This document shows, piece after piece, positions 11,972-22,525 of a stretch of 64,000 nucleotides of DNA. The first letter of the stretch is position 1; every line of letters starts with the position of its first letter. The DNA is taken from NCBI GenBank assembly GCA_000091205.1, contig AP006491.2; one strand, 5' to 3'. The stretch comes from Cyanidioschyzon merolae (taxonomy: Eukaryota). Below the pieces are notes generated by a model. The model was not told the origin of the DNA. It searched no databases and worked only from the letters and a program-made list of their open reading frames with translations. Made by a program: the position numbers and the translations under genes.

Positions 11972-13067
11972 AGGAATGCGTATCGACGGATGGGTGTACC
12001 GTGCACGAGAGGCGGCGCTGATGGCATTCACACGACCGCGGGTGCGAGCATAGCAGCCGTTCTGACGACGACATGCGAGGGCTGACGCCCAGCATGGCAG
12101 CCTGCTCAAGCACGGGCCGCTAGGAGCCATGGAGCATTCGCCGGCCGGCCTTGTAACTTAGAGGCACCGGACAAGCCGATGCTTAGCGACGACTGCGGTC
12201 GAAAAGCGTGAAACCGCGTGAGTTCTGTGCCATGAGTGCGTGACGCTTTGATGGAGTAGCTTCGAGTAGCGACTCGTCACTATGAGAAAGAGGTGATCAT
12301 CACATCATGGCGCGTTGGTGTTCCCTGGTTGTACGGAATGTGGATACTGTCTGGGGTCCGGCGCAGCGAGTTGCCACTTGAGCGTCTCGATATTGCTCCT
12401 TTGGAGCGCGCACGCAAGCAGCCTACGAGAACGTTCGTTTGACGTATTTGTCTTCCGTATCAGCGCTGCTGCTTCACTGGAAAGCGATCGGTTCGCTTTG
12501 GTGTAACGAAGCGAGTGATGCACGAGCTCTGAACGCCCGACGGAACGAGGCTGTTGTGCGAACGCTGGCGGCGCCTGTGCGTCGCATGTCGGCTAACCAG
12601 GAGAACACCCATCGTGGAGCGCTTCTTCTTCTTCTTTTGCGCATGCGTTTCATTCATGTATGTCAAGGTACGCTGTGTCTGTTCAAGTGCACGGATTGTG
12701 CTTGTCGTGGAGGATGGCGTACCCGGGTCTTCAGCGTCCGCAGCACGACGCACGAGTATTAGATTTTTGTTTTGTTATCAGCTTGCGGGGAAGGTGATGA
12801 ATAGCACGGCACCCTTACAGGAAGCATCATCCTGAGCAAGCACTGGTGCCAAGGAATGCAAGTCTTCAGTTCCACGTAAACGGAAATGTTTTACTGGTTC
12901 CGCGGACGGAGCGCGAGTCACCCGAGAGATCTGACTGTATCTAGCGCGGAGCATAACACTCAAGTGGCGCCTGCCCACTGGTCGTTGCTGAAGCTTCCTC
13001 TCAATTCGTGACTTGTTCTTCGCTGCAACCGCCACCGCCGCGGCATAGCGCACGCAGCGATCCCGCA

Positions 13068-13215
13068 CCATAGGTAATGTAACTTGGAAGTCGGGGATTT
13101 GATGGATACCTCACCGTGCACTGAAAAAAAACACACAAAAAAAGTCAGAAAAGAAAAAGCGCACCATCGGAGAACGCCGGCCTAAGCAAACGTCTCGTCC
13201 GTGGAAGCGAAATCG
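13068..13215 (+). repeat. R2 repeat, partial copy (core with A-rich stretch)
   Basis: The sequence taggtaatgtaacttggaagtcggggatttgatggatacctcaccgtgcactgaaaaaaaacacacaaaaaaagtcagaaaagaaaaagcgcaccatcggagaacgcc aligns with 19150-19290 and with the reverse complement of 49700-49840. Confidence 0.55.
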
Positions 13216-13634
13216 ATCCCGCACCAGCGTCCATCTGCTGCGAGATTGAGATGTCCGTTATAGCCAGATTCGTGTCCTAGCCCAGTGCGTCGTTTCGCGC
13301 CTAAATCGCCACCAGAGGCGCGAAACGACGCACTGCATCCGGATGCCGCACTGCGGCCTGTACGGCTGACGGTGCGTTGCGCACGTTGCGCGCGTTGCAG
13401 CTACAAAACGTTGGCAGTGTCCGTTTGGAAACAGCGTTCCTGGACGTACGTAGCTCGCTAGCTCGCTAGCAAGCAAGGTATATTTTCTCAAGCGGTTGAA
13501 TACACTCCCTGAATCCAGGGAGTCGCACGCTTCAAGCGACAGGTCGCTGCTACAGGTGCGGACACTACTGAGCTGCGCACCGTGGACACGTCTGCGTTGC
13601 GCTAGCGTGGCCTCTACTCGTCAAAGAAACCCCC

Positions 13635-15185
13635 ATGGGTGCCTCGTCGGATATGGTTACGGATAGGAGCACAGTCACTGCTACGGAAGCGGAGGTTGGT
13701 CGTCAGGGTCGGGCGGGGCGGGCGCTCTTCGTTGCTGGGTCACCTCCGGTGTACAGCACGTTTCACCACAACGGTGGTGCGGTGTCCATTGTAAGCGCAC
13801 CGACCGGGAGTCGCGGCCTTTCGACAACGATAGCGGCCTCGTCGAGCGGCGCTTACCCCACAGCGAGTCCGTTTACGCCAACAGCGTCGCCGAGTGCGGG
13901 CACAGAGGGGCTTGGGCGCCCGTCGTCGGCGCCTGCGGGCGCCAGCGTCCTGAATGGAAGTTTTTTCGGGCGCTCTGTGGGCTTTAAGCTGCCTACGAAT
14001 AAACAGAGCGCGATTTCGTCGGCGCGGGGAGGCAGCGGTGCCATCAGCGATAGCAATGCCGTCAACGGTATGCTGGCGCTGGACGTCAAGGAGGGAAGCC
14101 GAGTCTCACCGCCGCGACGCGGCTCGACGACAGACGCCAGAAGTTGCCTGGAGTGTCCGTCAGACTGGACTGTAAGCGAGCTCGCCGCGCGGCTTGTCTC
14201 GGAACCTGATGGATGCAAAGCGACGGAGTGTGCCTGGAGTCCGCAGGTATCGGGTAGCATACCGCCGCGCTCGCCAGCGGCCTATCGGCATACGCAGACA
14301 GGCGCTGTTCCAGAACGAGGCCGAGACCATCCAGCAGGCACGAACCTGCTGGACTCGCATCGGATGTCGAGTCCTGGTATCGACCCGTCGCAGGAGTTGA
14401 TATCCGTCGACAGCGACTGGATACCTGCTTCTGCTTCCTATTCAGCTGTTAGCGTGATGTCATTCTCGCCGAGCGGCAACGAGGTGGCCCGAATGGATCT
14501 GGGCCGCTCGTCCCCGTTCCGAGGGCTCTCGTTCGATGATCTGAGTATTATTGAGCGTTCACCGCGCAAAGAACGTTTAGCGCAAATGCTGCTGTCCACA
14601 CGTGGCAACAACGTGCGACGTTTCTCGCGTTCACCGCTCGGCGCGACGCCCCTGTTTAGCACCAATCCCGGGTCTCTAGCCGATGCCTCGGCGAGCGAAG
14701 ACACGCGTTCGTGTCGCGTCTGTGGTGGACGACGCATACGGCCTTGTTTCGACTGCAACGGACGTGGTCAATTTCAGCGCATTGAAGTCCAAAACCATGT
14801 TGTAGGCGGTGAAACGTGTCGCGCATGCCGCGGCACAGGTATGATCGACTGCCCCGCCTGTGCTCGAGAGTTGTATAGAAAAGCGCGTGCAGCAGCCGAA
14901 ATCAAGCTTGAAACCGCCACCCGTGATCAAGCGGCACCAGTCTCGCTGCCCGCTGCATTGACATCACGACAACATGAACCAGCGGCTGCCACGCCTCATG
15001 CCATGGGAACGGAAACCGCGTCGGCGCACAGCGTGCAGGATTCGCTTGCCGCTGCCGCGACAGAGCATGTGGTATCCAGCGTCTCTGCGAATGCTGAATG
15101 GGAACCCCAAACCTCAAACGTTGCGGTTGGAAAGCTGACAACATGTACAACAGACGGCCATGGTCTGATTCCGCTCTCCTCGTGA
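13635..15185 (+). CDS. DnaJ-type CxxCxGxG zinc-finger domain protein with a long Ser/Ala/Pro-rich N-terminal region
   Basis: The C-terminal CRVCGGRR...CFDCNGRG...CRACRGTG...CPAC block is four CxxC(x)GxG repeats, typical of DnaJ-like Zn fingers. The rest is low-complexity. The ORF is 516 aa. Confidence 0.55.
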   Translation: MGASSDMVTDRSTVTATEAEVGRQGRAGRALFVAGSPPVYSTFHHNGGAVSIVSAPTGSRGLSTTIAASSSGAYPTASPFTPTASPSAGTEGLGRPSSAPAGASVLNGSFFGRSVGFKLPTNKQSAISSARGGSGAISDSNAVNGMLALDVKEGSRVSPPRRGSTTDARSCLECPSDWTVSELAARLVSEPDGCKATECAWSPQVSGSIPPRSPAAYRHTQTGAVPERGRDHPAGTNLLDSHRMSSPGIDPSQELISVDSDWIPASASYSAVSVMSFSPSGNEVARMDLGRSSPFRGLSFDDLSIIERSPRKERLAQMLLSTRGNNVRRFSRSPLGATPLFSTNPGSLADASASEDTRSCRVCGGRRIRPCFDCNGRGQFQRIEVQNHVVGGETCRACRGTGMIDCPACARELYRKARAAAEIKLETATRDQAAPVSLPAALTSRQHEPAAATPHAMGTETASAHSVQDSLAAAATEHVVSSVSANAEWEPQTSNVAVGKLTTCTTDGHGLIPLSS

Positions 15186-15722
15186 CTCGCTGGCCAGGCG
15201 TTGAGACATCTCCGCATGCTCAATGCGTATCATACGGACCGGTGATACAGTGCAAGCACGCTGGCGCTACATACCTTTCACAGGGCAGCAGGCTGAAATG
15301 GACAACGTATCCTACGCAAGACAATCGAGTTTACAGTGGTTCCTCTGGGTGGCTCGTAGTACGAGAAGCCTCCGCTCGCCATGAGCTATGAGCGCGCGTT
15401 CACGCGGCGAGCACGTCCTCCTCCTCCTCCTCCATGCACACAGGTCCGCCGCAGCCCTGTGCTCAATCATCCCCATATCCATGAGCGCTGGCGACGAGGC
15501 ACCTCCTATCTCATTGGAAATCGCTACGAGTCGCTTTGCAGACAGTTTGCATCACGAGCTGCACAGGAGCGATCGCGTGCGTCGGTCGCACGACGCATCT
15601 CATCTACCGACCGTATGGATAATTGTGTGTCGATACAGTCCCACGAATGTATCGTTGTGTTCTAGTCATGTAAAGATTACGCGAAACATCGTGAGCGCAC
15701 TGATCAGTGGCGTTGCCGGTGC

Positions 15723-18650
15723 TTATTCCAACCAGAGCATCGGCTCTAGCGTGACATTCGGCGTCGCCTGTTCCAGCAGCGCCTGTGAGGCAGATCCCGG
15801 GATACCGCTTCGATCGCAGGCGAGCAGCGTCGCCAGGACTTCGACATGATCCGAGGCGCTCGGCTGCGATGGTGTTGTCGAGCGCTGCGTCAGCAGTTGC
15901 AGACGCAATCCCTCGAGGCGGGCAGCCGCGGTTTCCCGCCAGCCTGCGCGCAAGCCCGCCGCTAGAAACTCGGACGTGCGCAAAAACTGCAACAGACGCC
16001 CGACGCAAATCACCGGGATGGAAGGCATCGCTTGTTCCGATGCCGATTGCGCTGACGCGTTTCCGTTGCCAGCGGCTGGAGTGTGGACAGGGAGCTCCAG
16101 CGGTGCCTGGGAAAACGCGGCCGCCAGATGGCGACCGAGCGCGTGCCCGGCGCGATACAGCGCTCGCTGGGCGATGCGGTTCCCGGTTGGCGCCCGCATG
16201 TTCGTGCCAGCCTGCTCGGCAACTAGGTAGCCGAACTCTACCATCCGGCAGCGAGGCAGTGGTCCGCGATACAGGCAATGCAGCAGCGTTTCCAGATCTG
16301 CGCACGCAAAATGTGTCAAGGCGAGCGCGAGCAGTTCATCGGCAGCTGCCTTGCAGGCCGCACGATCCCACGGCTCACTCGAGCACTCAAAGCGCATGCC
16401 GTCGAGGGCACACAGCGCATACCGCAGCGCATCCAGACCGAGTACAAAGGGGGAACCCTCGTCTCCAAGTAGTGGACCATAGCCTCCGATTCGAATATCT
16501 AGGCCACCGGCGATGTCAGCGGAGACACGAAGATCCTTGCGCATGCGCGGATCGGCGACCAAGCGACACAGACAGCCGCGCTCGCTGGAAAGCAGCAGTA
16601 GCGCGATACCTTGGCGCGATGCGACTGGGTCAGCGGGCGCACTGTGGCCGCGGATGGTGCCTCCGCTGCCTGCGAGCATGCTCAGCGGTGACGGCCGCAG
16701 CACGCTGATAAGCGGGAGGTTCACTTCATCCCAGCAGACGACCGTTACAGGGCAATGAAAGCGCCACTCGAGACGCTCGGCTACTGCACGTTGATCCGCG
16801 CTTGATCGTAGACTATCGATGACGAGGCCAATCCCAGCGAGGCGATAGTCCGCAGCGATCGCTCGTCGTCGTCGTGATTTGCGTCCACAACGCTGAGCGA
16901 TTTGGCAGAGCACACTGCCCAGGTTGAACGCGTCGAAGGTGTCGTGCCAGTCGCCATCCAAGCTCGCATCATTAGCGGGCCCGAGATGCGAGCCCTCTCT
17001 ATCGCTTGCCTGCAGACAGCAACGAATCCAGTCCGAAAGACGGCGCTGATAGGCTTGCATCGTACCATCCCGGTGGTGCAGCGGTGCCTGCCCGGAGCCA
17101 GTGCGACTGCAACAGCACGCCCGCGGCTCCATGCCGCCGTCGCCGTCGCCGCTGCTGTTTGTTGTCACCGTGCAGCTGCGACTCGGGGAAACGCGACGGC
17201 ACCGTGTGCGATAAATGTTTGCTAACGCATACGCTTCTAGCAAAAGTATTTCCACTGCCTGGAGCAGGCGTTCCATCGGCGTTGCGTCCTGTTGTCGCTT
17301 TTGTTCTGAACTGAACGACAAAGCTTTTTCAGTGAACTGGGCCAAGAAGCGACATGCTGGCATATGCAGCCTCGGCGTGCTCGCGTGCGCCGGCGCTTCG
17401 GATATCTCAGCCACACCTGGGCGCGTAGGGTATTCCTCATTCGCACTAGACTCGGCGACTGCACCCAGCTGGGGTTCGCCAGCCTCGTCGCCGCCTAAAA
17501 GGTCATCGTGTGCGTCCGCACCAAACGAAGATGACGTAACTGCAGTTAATGGATTCGCGAGTAGCGCCGACGATGCCGTCATGTACGGTACTACGAGCAG
17601 GTCGACGTCGTCGACGTCGAAATTCGCGTCCACCGGCTCCAGGAAATCCGTTCCCTCGCCAGCAACCGATTCAAACCAATGCGGTTCGGTGTCCTGCACA
17701 CGACTTGCAATGGCATCGTTCCCGCGTTTCCGGCGCTGGCCAGTCCCGGTTGTCGCCAGAAATCCATCCGATTGCGTTGGCGCTTGTGTTCGGCGTTGGT
17801 TCGCTGATTCACTAGATGGGCGCTCCTCGAGCGGCCCTGTACTTGGCGAGGACGGAATCGTGCACGTCGACGAAGACGAGGCCTTGGTCGGCCTCCCGCA
17901 GCAATCGAGACCACGAGCGACCCTAGCAGGCTCCGATGCCGGTGGCGGTGTTGCGTAACTGCAGAAGCTGCGCACGCCATCCTGAGGTAGCGTGCTCGAC
18001 AACCCTGTCGCAACGTTGCCAAGCTCTTCGTATGCCTCGTACTGGTCCAGCTCCCGCGGTAGCGATACTTGCTCATAGAACCAGGGATGCGTCACGCTAT
18101 CCGGGTTTTGAAGCTGCACATAAAACGAGTCACCCCGGGATTGCATCGCGCACGACGGGTATCTCGAGCTGCTGTTACGACCTACAGTCCGACCGGAACG
18201 CTGACTCGCGCAGGCGCCAGCGACTGCAGCGCCGATCCCTGGTCCAGTGCTGCAGGAACAACGCGCGTGCTGCTCCCGCAGTGCGAGCGTTCCCTTCGTG
18301 CTTTTCCCCCCGGAACCAGGGTCCACACCAGTTTCGCGGCTATGTGCACAGTTACAACGCAGCGCGTCTGTAACGTCTACGAGCGCCACATGACACTCGC
18401 GGCCGCGTATCGCCAAGCCCAGCACCACGACGCACGTGTCAGTTTTCCCTCCTAATTCGTCATCATCCCTGCCCACTTGATTTCGCAGCCCCGGTGCTTT
18501 CTTCGTCATAATAAGCACAAGCAACCTAGAAATAACGAATAACGGCTCTCTTACAGGCACCGTCACGAGTTGTATGGCACCACTTGTCGAGGCGGTACCT
18601 GCGCAGCGCGCCCGCCATACCACTCCCACTCGACGACCGTACCAGCGCAC
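15723..18650 (-). CDS. Large protein (975 aa) with a C-terminal N-acetylglucosamine-kinase-like (BadF/BadG/BcrA/BcrD-type) ATPase domain and a low-complexity N-terminal extension of about 500 aa
   Basis: The C-terminal GGYGPLLGDEGSPFVLGLDAL (compare NAGK GWGxxLGDEGSAYWIG), NRIAQRALYRAGHALGRHLAAAF and PVICVGRLLQF match the NAGK family layout. The phosphate-2 position reads LLSSERGC instead of GTGSNC, so catalytic competence is uncertain. Confidence 0.45.
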   Translation of the reverse strand: MRWYGRRVGVVWRARCAGTASTSGAIQLVTVPVREPLFVISRLLVLIMTKKAPGLRNQVGRDDDELGGKTDTCVVVLGLAIRGRECHVALVDVTDALRCNCAHSRETGVDPGSGGKSTKGTLALREQHARCSCSTGPGIGAAVAGACASQRSGRTVGRNSSSRYPSCAMQSRGDSFYVQLQNPDSVTHPWFYEQVSLPRELDQYEAYEELGNVATGLSSTLPQDGVRSFCSYATPPPASEPARVARGLDCCGRPTKASSSSTCTIPSSPSTGPLEERPSSESANQRRTQAPTQSDGFLATTGTGQRRKRGNDAIASRVQDTEPHWFESVAGEGTDFLEPVDANFDVDDVDLLVVPYMTASSALLANPLTAVTSSSFGADAHDDLLGGDEAGEPQLGAVAESSANEEYPTRPGVAEISEAPAHASTPRLHMPACRFLAQFTEKALSFSSEQKRQQDATPMERLLQAVEILLLEAYALANIYRTRCRRVSPSRSCTVTTNSSGDGDGGMEPRACCCSRTGSGQAPLHHRDGTMQAYQRRLSDWIRCCLQASDREGSHLGPANDASLDGDWHDTFDAFNLGSVLCQIAQRCGRKSRRRRAIAADYRLAGIGLVIDSLRSSADQRAVAERLEWRFHCPVTVVCWDEVNLPLISVLRPSPLSMLAGSGGTIRGHSAPADPVASRQGIALLLLSSERGCLCRLVADPRMRKDLRVSADIAGGLDIRIGGYGPLLGDEGSPFVLGLDALRYALCALDGMRFECSSEPWDRAACKAAADELLALALTHFACADLETLLHCLYRGPLPRCRMVEFGYLVAEQAGTNMRAPTGNRIAQRALYRAGHALGRHLAAAFSQAPLELPVHTPAAGNGNASAQSASEQAMPSIPVICVGRLLQFLRTSEFLAAGLRAGWRETAAARLEGLRLQLLTQRSTTPSQPSASDHVEVLATLLACDRSGIPGSASQALLEQATPNVTLEPMLWLE

Positions 18651-18858
18651 GACGGTGCCATCGGTCAGCCCGTACCGTTCACCGTATCGAAGCTATTCAT
18701 ATCCATTCAAACCGGCGGCTTACCTTCCTATGCATCCCAGCGCTTCATATCTCTGCAAGTGTCAGTTTTAGCGACCGGTTGTCACATGCAGAAATTTTGC
18801 AAAGCACCTTTGGCGTCATGTAGATGCAGCGGCGGCGGCGGCGGCGGTGGTAATGCAT

Positions 18859-18910
18859 GCACGCATCTGCGTGTCCGCTACGTGTGCAGCGCATCGCGAT
18901 GCGTGCGATC
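18859..18910. promoter_or_regulatory. Palindromic GC-rich motif (gcacgcatctgc ... gcagatgcgtgc-like arms) about 210 bp upstream of the NAGK-like gene. A second copy sits upstream of the TPS gene.
   Basis: Compare 18859-18910 gcacgcatctgcgtgtccgctacgtgtgcagcgcatcgcgatgcgtgcgatc with 37883-37935 gcacgcatctgcatgccgacgacgtgtccaacagcacgcagatgcgtgcgatg. The arms are inverted repeats. Each copy lies 5' of a divergently placed gene start. Confidence 0.35.
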
Positions 18911-19108
18911 GGAGACGCAGGCGCGCGCGCCCCGTGCGGATCGGTGCGAAGGGTCGCGATCTGGCGACGCACAGCATCGCCGCTGCGCTGCGCGTTTGCA
19001 TCGGGTGCTGATCCTCGAGCCGACGCCCTCTGTGGTATAGAAAAGCTGTTCTTGCTCAATGAAGTATCTGCTCCAGCGGCTAAGTTCCCAAGGCGGATGA
19101 TTAGGTTA

Positions 19109-19320
19109 GGTACTAGGCACACACGACAGGACGTACGAAACGACCAGAATATCCGAGAAGAAGTATAGGTAATGGAACTTGGAGGTAGGGCGTTTGATAG
19201 ATACTCCACCTCGCACTGAAAAAATAACACAAAAAAGTTTGAAAAGAAAAATGCGCATCATCGGAGAACGCTGGCACAAGTAAACGTTTTGTCCATGAAA
19301 AACATCCGGTGCTGATGCGC
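19109..19320 (+). repeat. R2 repeat, partial copy
   Basis: ggcacacacgacaggacgtacgaaacgaccagaatatccgagaagaagtataggtaatggaacttggaggtagggcg...gaaaagaaaaatgcgcatcatcggagaacgctggcacaagtaaacgttttgtccatgaaaaacatc is the reverse complement of 49693-49870. Confidence 0.55.
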
Positions 19321-20769
19321 GTCGCCACGTGCGCCAATGCATGCATGCGGGCGCCGCGGGAGGCTCTCGCCAGGCTCGGGAGCGCGCCCCCATGTGTCAG
19401 GTGTTGGCGCTGATCGGATCGAGTCACCGGCGTATGCGTGGGTGCGTGCGTGTGCGTGTCTGTATGTGGATGAGTATGGAGGTTGCAGATGGTGCCGCTT
19501 GCTGCCGATGAAGCATTCGCTGGAATATCCTTGTGGCGTCGTTGCAGCTGACGTGTTATTTTCGCTACTTATCAGTTAGCGCACGGCAGCGTAGAACGTG
19601 GTCATTTTGGCGTTCGAGAGCCCGCTCGAAGCGGTGTACAGGAAGCGCAGTTGAGCTTGTGAGACGGGAACGTCTATGTTAGTCCAATGTTGCTGACCTG
19701 GTTGTCGTTCTGGATGCGGTTGTGCTGTGCGGGAAGCGCTTCGTGCCATTGCCGGCTCATCCCGAATTCGGCTGGGACCGGTGCGTGGTACGTGGATGTA
19801 TGCTTTGCATGCCATCAAGACTGAAGGATTTCGCACTTGCCATCTCCTGTCGAGGCTTTTTTAGGTCGTCTGCAACCAGCTGAACGTTGACTGTGTGTAG
19901 GCGTCTCAGCGCGGATGGTTTTTTTTGATCCGTTATGCGCAATCTCATGGCCAAGTTGTTCGGGCGCTGGGCAGGCGCCGACACATCAGCGTGTCCAGCA
20001 TGGGGACAGGCGCCTGGAGCAGGTTCGCCATCCGATTGGTCACCCGTTGGACTGCTGCACCCTATGGTTTCTACAGGAAGATGAATCCAGGGCTGAATGA
20101 ACGTAGAGTCCATCGAAGCTGACCAGCGGTCTCTCGCCCGACTTCAGACTCCAATCCTGTATCCGAAGATAATATCTGGATCGATGGAGCGATCTTGCAG
20201 CCTCGGAAAACTCAGCGCAGACCGTGAACACTCGCGGTATACCTGCATTGCCCCGCAGCAGCATGCGCATCCCGCGCTCGGGCAGTGCAAATGAAGTAGA
20301 CTCGGTATTCAGTGGGAACATGGTTGTCGCCAGACATTTGTGCAACGCCGCCCGTATGCATACCTGGACGGTAGGATTGCCCGAGCAGTTTCCGTCGCAG
20401 GAAGCGTGCGAGGCATACGTGCAGCGTGGCTGGACAGGGTCCCGGGCGGGCGGCCTCTGCTGCAGGGTGAGTCTGGAACGACGCTTCTCGTAACGCTCAA
20501 GCGCATCGTGCTGTCGATTCGCGTCAGGGATCAGACGATCGCATGAAGCATATGAACAGTGGGAGTCTTGGAAGCGTTTGTGGGCGCACGACCTCCGAAT
20601 TGAGCCCTGCTGCTGCTATCCTTTGTATTGAACGCTGTACTGTCCGGGATTTCAGGCCTTTTTCGTGCGCCGCGTCATGTGCTGGGTGTAGCCGTGCGCG
20701 ACGCGTACGCGGCGGTCCTGACGCGCTGCAGCACTACGAGGTTAGAGGCGCTCGACTTTATTGTGTTTC

Positions 20770-22140
20770 ACTTTCGCTGCGTCGATGCGAATGGTACTGC
20801 GCATTGCGTAGGAGGAGATCGAATTCACGATGCAGTGTACCGTATAGATTGTGGACGCATCGCCTATAGGATATATATACTTGTCTGAGCAATGCACGGA
20901 GGACCGCATTCTTCATTTAGGTCAGTCATACCATACTAGTCAGATTGATGAGGAACACTGAAAGAAACAAGTAGATGCGCTCTGTGTCAGAAATTGGTAT
21001 TCTTAAAGATCGCTTGAAGTCGATAGTAGAAAACGACCTGTTCAGCAAGTCATGAAGAGCAAAAGCGACAATAATAGCCATCATGGGCGTCTCTGTTTCT
21101 CAACTGCTCTTTCGTGTCGTCCTGTAAACACTGGGATACAGTCGCAAAAAGCGAGTCCAGTTACATGTACGACCATCTTCCACCGAAATCGCAACTAGCA
21201 CAGAGTCTCTGGAACTCAGCGATCGGTACGAGGCACCGCATCGTCTGTTTGTTTCTCCAGTGGATGAGACTTGTTTCGGAAGGCACGGTCGGAGTGTATA
21301 ACGATATTCCCGGAGAAGGGAGCCCGTTGTACGTACGATCCAAGTCGAAGAGAACGACCACATCATCATTTGTTCTGGATGGAGTGGATTCATGTGTTGG
21401 CATCCGTTTCACTCGAACAGGAGGCGCATACAACAGCATCAATCGCTTTGCTGAATGATTGAAGACGTTTCCCTGACACCTGGCGAGGTCCTTCTATTCG
21501 ACAACGTGGCACTTCACCATTCCCTTTGCGGTCGAGCTTTTTTCTCTTCTATCTGGTAGAACTGCTTTTCATTCCTCCGTACGCTGCATGATTCAATCCC
21601 ATCGAATAAGTGTTTTTCTATCGTGAAACGTAGTGATCGCTCCAGTGGGCGAATCCCTGAAGAGTGTTTACCACGGTGACAAAATGAGGAACGTTTCGTC
21701 TTTCTTCCGCAAGCCCTTCTCGCTCAGGGAAGGTCCTCACCTAATGCCATAAACAAGTGCGTTCGTTTTTGAAGGACAAAAACCCAAGGGAAAGGCATGC
21801 ACATGTTAGTCAGGGATCCTGGCGGGTCGATGTCGCGGGCTACCAGGAAAAACGACAAAATTCTCTTCTCGCCTACCATCGAGCGAAGATGCGCAAGTAT
21901 CCGAGAAGAATAGGGGATATAGGCAATGAAACGTACTTGCCCGAAAGTATGACGACGAGACTGCAGTGGCACAGAGGGCACGAATTCGAGGACTCCTTTC
22001 ATCGGTGAGTTCCACCAGCGGCAATAAACGCATGGAGTTCGTGAACCGAGACTTTAACACCGCCATCAATATCAGACGATGTGTGGTGCTGAAAATTAGG
22101 ACCGACCGGCTGACGAGAGCGAATCTCCTGGGCTAGCCCC
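20770..22140 (+). mobile_element. Fanzor/TnpB-like transposon copy C. It is an internally deleted (non-autonomous) derivative that keeps the 5' element region and the 3' RuvC-III-encoding end.
   Basis: Region 20770-21460 aligns with the reverse complement of 3139-4150 (copy A upstream region). Region 21660-22060 aligns with 760-1165. The terminal ORF fragment reads ...SSTSGNKRMEFVNRDFNTAINIRRCVVLKIRTDRLTRANLLG*. The central nuclease coding region is missing. Confidence 0.5.
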
Positions 22141-22525
22141 TCAGATTCGAAGTGCACACGGCGAAGCTGCAGCCGAGAGCAGGCGACCGGTTCGAAAAGG
22201 CTGGTGACGCGTCTGCGTATCGGTGGATACATGCGCATTCAATATTTGTACAGCTTTGTGCTTTTTTAGGACGATCTGAACAATTAGATATCCTAAATGG
22301 GCCGCAAAGCATCCATTGCGAGTGATGGAAACAGCATCAGCGACAAAACTACATCTAATGATTTCTAAATAGATCTTATCAAACTAAACGAACAAAACGA
22401 TCCTTGGCCTCATCAGGTTCCTAGATGCATCATGGACGCCCCCCGCCACGCGCAATCTTTCCCGCGTTTTTCCGCTTCGCATTGGAGCTGCAGAGACGGC
22501 ACCGAGTACTTGCACAGAGGAAGCC

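Noticed and set aside
15785-16708. Long Arg/Ala-rich ORFs antisense to, or overlapping, the real genes (for example 15785-16708 plus, 52262-53134 plus, 63029-63598 plus, 22988-23744 minus, 43040-44503 plus, 4800-5465 minus)
   Set aside because: They sit opposite well-supported CDSs in about 60% GC DNA where stop codons are rare. They carry no recognisable domains and have low-complexity Arg/Ala/Pro composition, so they are typical shadow ORFs.
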